Origin: the human T2T-CHM13v2.0 reference genome, Homo sapiens | Length of the DNA stretch: 64,000 bases | NCBI RefSeq assembly: GCF_009914755.1 | Contig: NC_060926.1 | Direction: 5' to 3' (one strand) | In this document: positions 57,346-64,000 of the stretch, piece after piece | How positions within the stretch are numbered: position 1 is the first letter of the stretch | How the letters are laid out: each line of letters begins with the position of its first letter | Program-made: the position numbers and the translations under genes | Notes under the pieces: generated by a model | The model's database searches: none | What the model saw: the letters and a program-made list of their open reading frames with translations, nothing else | What the model was told of the DNA's origin: nothing

Positions 57346-59529
57346 ACTCCTGGATTTATCAGTCCCCAGAGCATGCCAGGGCAACATGGTATACATGGCC
57401 ATTGTGTTTGATGACATTTCCTGATTAAGTAGATTGAGTGTGAGATTTTTTGATAGAATCTTAGAGAGCAGAAAGAAAGAAACTTCTCCCTTCCAAAAGA
57501 CCATGGAGATGTCTGGCTGCTATAGATACCCCAGAAAGTCACTCACCAAACAAATTCGGAAAAATTGGAAAAATTAACATTGCATTGGGCATTCTGGGAA
57601 ACCAGGGCCAAGAAGTTTAGGCTCTCGCTGACAGTTATATTCATTCTGGAGCCACAAAGTCCTCCTGTTTAATTAAGTGCTGAGAGTTGGGGACTCGCTT
57701 AATGACTGGATTGCCTCTTGTTCCCAGCACAAAAAAGTGGACCAACATCTGCATGGTCTTCTCCAGGTAGGAGAGAGCAGATGGTTTAAGCCTTTGCCAG
57801 GAGGCCTCATTCACACGCTGGATTTTAAGGCATCGTGGTGCTTGTGAGGTGCTTGGTGAGTCTCAGTCAAATGCTTCTTTGTAAGGTAAGGCAATCCTTT
57901 TACTTAAAGCTGTTTGATTATTCCTAGATCAACAACCCTGTCCCACTGTAAAATCTTTGGTTGGCACTTGCTTTTCTTTTTAGATAGTAATTACCAACAG
58001 AAAGTAGGTGAGAGAGTTATTATAAGAGCATTTACAATATTTGGAATTGCGTGATGGCTATTTTAAGCAAAATGAATAGGAAAGGCAAAGAAGAAAAGAA
58101 AGGGAGATTTTAGTTTCCTCAAAGATTACCAGAGTCCCACCTCAGTCAGGGAGTATCAGGTTAGAGTAGTTCTGAGAGGATTACCTGGCCCTCAGCCCTT
58201 GGGAATTCTCAGCTCTGTGTTTGTTTTTGTCTCCCAACACAGGCGTGGTATGAAGGGGTCACTTAGAAGGTGAGCAAGACATTAAATGCTCCATTTCCTC
58301 ACTGTGAGGTAACACTCTGCAGTCAAACCAGGTGAGCTGAAATAACTGGATATGCTTCTCCACAGAGCTAATGCATTTTTATCAAACACTTCCTCAACAA
58401 TTCTTATTCCCTTTCTGGAGCTTTCATTGCTGCTGCCAATTATAGGAGAATTGAGACAGTCAAAACACCTCCAAAAAAGAAAATGGCAAAAAGAAATTTT
58501 ATGTTGTCTACAAAAGAGATACTATATTTTGTTATTTTTGATCCACCATCTGGGCTTCCATGAAGTAGAGATTTGAAGCTTAGTATAATAAAGAAATAAC
58601 ATAGATGATGGGGTTTTGGTTTTTTAAAATCAGATTGCTTTATCAACCACTGATGGTATAAAGTCAACTAAAACATATTTGGGGGAAACAACTGTCCAGA
58701 GAAACGGGGAATAATGTTCAACAGGTCTCTAGGTCAATTTAAGTCTCAGTTCCTTAATCTACAAAATAGGGGAGTGGATCAGATATTCTCTAAGAACAAT
58801 TCTTGCTCTGAGAACTCTTTGATTGTATCTGGGCATTCCTTAATTTGTAAACATACACTATACACTTAGTCATTATGAACAAAACAATTGAAGTGTGTTA
58901 TTTATATTTCACTAAAAACTGCTACGAATACCTATCCTTGGCTTACAGATAAACATGGGAATAAGGTATTTCAAATACTAAGTGCATATGGTTGAACTAC
59001 AGGAGGTTCAATGAGCAATGGAAGATAGATAACAAAACTTTTGGTGAAGTTCTACACTGCCTATCTGTCTTTGATGCTTTACTAAAACTTACTGATCTTT
59101 TAGAAGGTCTCATATAAATTGCAGGCTACTGTAAAAAAAAAAGTCACTATCATCATTTATTGATAATAGAACACTTTCATTTCCCCTGTTTAAGGTGAGC
59201 CCAGAAACTCAAACAATCTAAGTAAAGGGGACTACTTGGAGTTTCCAAGGTAATGAAACCCCCCTTTGTAAAAGAAAACTTGCCTATTCTGAAAGGATTA
59301 CATTGGTTGGCTGACAAGTTCCTGAGCATGAGAACTCACTTAAGCAGACCGAAATAGAGTAGAGTCTGTTACTAAAAGGAATTGATTCACTCAACCCTTT
59401 CACCCCCGCCCTGTTTACCTCCTATGCTTGCCACACCTTTTCACCTGTTTTTGAAGCTCCTTAGGTTCTAGTTAAATTTCAAATATATTTTGGCATTTTC
59501 ATTCAACAGCCAGTTCTGAACATAACTGG

Positions 59530-59765
59530 AAGGCAGCCTGGTCCACTGGAAAGAACATAAGCTTTGTAGTAAAATAGATCTTTCCTTGAGTTCTCTACCA
59601 TTTACCAGTTAGATGACTTTGGACGAATTACTTAACGTCTCTGAGTTCAGTTTTCCAGCTACATAATTGGAATACTGATGGTATCTTCTCTAAAGATTAT
59701 TGTAAATAATCAGTAATATATTGTGAGTGAAGCATTTGGCATCATAGGGGCATTTATAAATTAAT
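59530..59765 (+). mobile_element. MIR SINE
   Basis: GGAAAGAACATAAGCTTTG...GATGACTTTGGACGAATTACTTAACGTCTCTGAGTTCAGTTTT. Confidence 0.8.
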
Positions 59766-59819
59766 TACAGCAAGAATTTAGAAGGTAACTACCTTTGATA
59801 GAATCTTTGAGTGAAATTA

Positions 59820-60366
59820 TAAACTAATCATGTCACTTTCCTTTTAAATTTTAATGATTCCCCCTTGTTCTTAAAGTCTTCCTCATAGAGCTTACAAGGT
59901 CCTTCCTGCTCCAGTTCTAACCTCCCCAATCACATTACCCATTCCAGCACCTCCCATTGCCTCCACGCTCCAACCGTATTGAGGGCTTTATTGTGGTTGC
60001 TGCTGTATCATAATCTGAGAAACCTCATGCTATTATTTCTTCCTGAAACTCACGCTTTCCCTCCTTGGCCTACAGCTAACTCCAAGTCACCACTCAGCTT
60101 TGTTTAGTCACTACTACATTCAATGCCTTCAAAAGACTTCCTGAACAAGCCCAGATTATGGGTTACCATAACATCCTGTATATCCTCTATCATAGTATTT
60201 ACCACACTTTTCTAGGATTTTCTACTGCAATGTCTATATCTCCCTTATACTGTGAGTTCATTGAGAGCTGGATTGTGTCTGTCTTGTTCGCTTACCATAG
60301 GTTAGCACCATCCCTGGCACATACCATGGCAACCACTAAATAATTCATGGTAGACAAATAAATGAA
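59820..60366 (+). mobile_element. L2 3' end
   Basis: ATCATGTCACTTTCC...CTTACAAGGTCCTTC...ACTGTGAGTTCATTGAGAGC...CCTGGCACATA...AAATAAATGAA. Confidence 0.78.
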
Positions 60367-63300
60367 GGTCTAATCTTCATTGTCCATTTTTCCATGTGGC
60401 CAGTTACATAGCTTCATGCAGCCATGAGAAAGATATGAGTTTTCTGTTTCTTTCCTACTTACTACTCTCTGTTCTAATAGGAAAGGAGCATATGGATTAG
60501 GTAAGAAGCTTAATTGTTGTGGGAAAACTTACAGATTGGCAGGAAAATGGTTAAGATGCTTTCTCCCCAGAGGTCAATCTTGGAGAAACAGGTTTAATCA
60601 GTAGAAGGAGTTGATTATATAAATTTAATAATTAAACATGTGTACTGTATTTATGGTATGGTTATAACCACATAAATATATGTATACATATTAATACACA
60701 TGATGAATAGTAGAGAGAAACAGGAAGATTTGAATTAGTCATTTCTAGGTTTTTTTATTACATCATATTTTTATATACAGTCAAATGTGCTGTAATGCCC
60801 ACACATTAATGACATAATTTTAAAAAATTAATGAGGATGAAATATGCCTATAACCCTCTCAGGAAATCTACATTTCACTATGTCTTCAGGATTCACTTCC
60901 TTTACAGAGTCTTCCCAGATAAGACACTCATCCAATGAGAAAGGTCTTTCTTTACCTTCCATGAAGTCTTTGTCATTTACACAGTCTGAGGTCTGTTTCC
61001 TGTATTGCTTTACTCTTGTCTTGGGGTTTTCTTTGTTTGTTTGTTTCCTAATTTCCCAATTATATTTCTTGTTTTCTAAAGTTAGAAGCTTGCTTTTCAA
61101 AGATTCCATGGCTTCTAGGATGGCACTGGACCCATAGATGACTCTTCCAAAATATTATTGATTTAATGAATATTGCATAAGAAGATGCATTCTAGAACAA
61201 ATTAGCAAGTAAGAATGCAGGTCTGTCATTTACTGGGATGTAGGCAATCAGTTCCTGACTTTGTAGGCCATTACGAGGTTTAGAACTCAACTATGTTCTT
61301 TTAACCCGTATAATAAATGACAAATTTTAAATTAGGAAAGCAAAGTGGATTTTTCTTTTGAAAAAAAAAAAACAAAAACAAAATTACCTTCCTTTGGAAA
61401 TCATTATGAAAAGTTGTGTCTGTAAAGTATGTTACCTTTAAAGACAAAGAAAAAATACAACCAAATAATATGTTACTAGATCATCAATGGGTTTTTACCT
61501 GTTCACTAAGTAAATTTTAAAAGAATGAATGAATAACTTTGAATGATTCACAGCAAATTTCTTGCTCAATATTATGAAAATATTTTGTTTAAAAATGCAG
61601 TTGATAAGAATGTATTTCTTTTGAGAAACTCCAATGTATTAAAAACATGAAGTTAAGATAGAACTTTCAGTACCTTTAGAGATTGCGATATTAAGATTTT
61701 GTGCTTCATCAAATGCTGTGAATCATCAATGTCGTTTGCTGATTGGTATTTCTGGCTCACAATTCCTCTGGTTCACAGCAATTGCTCTTGAAAAAATAAG
61801 AAGTCTTTTAATTTTAGATAACACCAAAAAGAGAAGGTTTCGGTTTTAAGAAGTCCCATTGGGATGATAGAAAGCATTGCATGGAGAACTGAAAATGGTC
61901 AACCCCTTGAAAATGATCAGTATTCTGTGGTTTTGGACCTTAGTTGAAAATGACATAATCATATTTTCCTGGTCTTATAATGCTCCCTTACCTGAGCAAA
62001 CTTGCAAGGATAGGAGAGGAAGTCAATGCCCCCACTTTGACCCTTATTCAAACCTCAAGGTTTCAGGAATTCCCAAAGATTTAGAGTAGAAGTACACTGT
62101 GCCCTGCACACAGTAGGTACTTCAACGTTTATGTCACACTTTAATCATCAAGCACAATCACAGGACTCCAACTAATGCTTCCCTCAGTGCAGCCCAAGGC
62201 ACATTCAGCAATCTCACTCAGAACAACCAGGAGAGATACTTAACACAATGTATGCCCTTAGGAAAAAAAAGTAGAATAGCATTATCAAAGGCTCTGATTT
62301 CTAGATACAGGTGTGCTCTGACTTTTTCATGCTTTCCTTTTTCTCTCTGAAATATGGGAATAATACCCCCTGTCACTGAGCCACTGGAATGTTGAGGAGA
62401 CAATGAGTTAGCATTGGAAAACAATTCAGGGTGAAAGGTGCGGATGTGAGCTCAAGGTATTTGTTAATGTTATTACTCAATCCATTCTGGCCCAGTGTGG
62501 AAACAAAAGCAACTTTTATTACAAATAACACAACATTGTTAAAATAACCTTAGGAAAGAGAGAATAAATGAATCTACCAAGATAAATAGATAGCAGCTGG
62601 GTTATTGAGACCTCATGTTGAGGTTACAGGCTTTTAACACTAAATGCAATGTTCTTTTAATTTTCAAGTAAGAATCATTTGGTGAAAAAAGTAGGTAACC
62701 TATTAGTGCCTGTCTATAAAAGAGTGAGGACTTAGATTTCTAAATGCATACTAACAAGTATATTTATAAAGACAGATTTTATTACCTGATTGTATAAAGC
62801 AGAAGTCTCCTTTAACAGATTAAAAGAAGAGGTGGGTGGAATATGCTAACAAACAAAGGTCCATGTGTGAATCGGGGGATATTCAGGACTTAACTAGACT
62901 TCAGCAGACTCATTTAGGATCTTAAACACTGTCCCAAGTCCAAAATTCACATTTAAGCTGAGAGCAGCTAGGACTTTGCTATCTATCTATGGTTTAAGTT
63001 GTCTTCCACTCGGCTTGTAAAGCCTAGAGTGTCACTGTTTCTGCCCACAGATAGCTGTCAATCTTGGCCCATAAGGAGATGGAACCATAGGAAATGTTTC
63101 ATCTCCACTCCCAGCACTTCTTTCCATATAAAAAGATTTCCACTAGCACAGCAGTCCTGACATCTCTGTTCTCAGGAGAAGAGGGAATCATTTAATGTTA
63201 TTGAGTCCCTTTACCTCCTCATTCTCTTGAGAGCTATGTGCATAGAGAAAGCATACTTTCTGCTCTGCTATTTCAGACCCTACATTTTAGAGTACATTGT

Positions 63301-63635
63301 CTAATGTTGGAAATAAGGTAGGTAAGTCTCTCTAAATCTGAGATTCAGTGATAGTAAGGCGATCCTCCAAAATCAACTTTAACAATGATAAAATTGATAA
63401 TTTCCTCTCTATCTATCTTACTCTGTTTTTCAATGACTCAGACTCAGCTGGAGAAGAGAGATGTTCCCTCTCTTGAGCTCACTAAAGACATTCAACAACA
63501 TGTAATACAATGGGTGGGACATTTGTCTTTTCCAGGCCAAGGAAAAGGAAAACAAACTTAGGTCCCCAAAGACTTAGGATAAAATATCACAGATATAAAC
63601 TTAGCAAAGTTGAACTCAGCTGTTAGAAAATGGAA

Positions 63636-64000
63636 TTGGATTAGTTTCCTGTGGCTGCTATAACAAATCACCACAAACTCAATGGCTTAAAACCACATAA
63701 ACTTATCCTCTCACAGTTCTAGGGGACAAAACTCCAAAATCAGTTTCACTAGGCCTACATCCAGGAGTTAGCCAGGCCATGCTCCCTCTGGGAACTCTAA
63801 GAGAGAATCTGGCCTTTCCTCCTCCTGCTCATGGGACTGCCAGCACTTCTTGGCTTGTGGCTGCATCACTCCCATCTGCCTCCCTGATCACATTGCCTTC
63901 TCCTCGTTGTCAGCTCTCCCTCTGCCTCTCTCTCATAAGGATATATGTGACTGCATCTAGGGCCCATTCTAATAAGCTGTGATAACCTCTTCATCACAAT
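63636..64000 (-). mobile_element. MaLR LTR (MLT1D/C-like), runs off the right end of the window
   Basis: ATTAGTTTCCTGTGGCTGCTATAACAAATCACCACAAACT..TGGCTTAAAAC...CTCACAGTTCT...TTGGCTTGTGGCTGCATCACTCC. Confidence 0.9.

Overview
AT-rich primate genomic DNA, almost certainly human because it carries an AluYa5 with all five diagnostic bases. The window looks intronic or intergenic and is dominated by transposable-element fossils. These include a full-length but disabled L1PA (14534-20710, 15-bp TSD), a 5'-truncated older L1PA7-like copy (22996-27421), further L1PA/L1PB/L1M pieces, six Alu loci, a near full-length Tigger4/Zombi DNA transposon, MER82, a deleted ERVL provirus with a YIDD RT remnant, MaLR LTRs, L2/MIR fragments and several microsatellites. 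I found no intact protein-coding gene, RNA gene or CRISPR array. The long ORFs in the track are broken L1, Tigger or ERVL frames, or chance ORFs. I found no convincing new biological system. The most interesting signal is that the two neighbouring L1s of different subfamilies share several non-consensus substitutions, which suggests patchy gene conversion between them. Also noted are small fold-back templated insertions, a three-arm Alu with a long (TTTTA)n tail, a few candidate non-coding exons and an isolated G4/GC-box element. Subfamily names come from recalled consensus sequences, and boundaries of old repeats are approximate.
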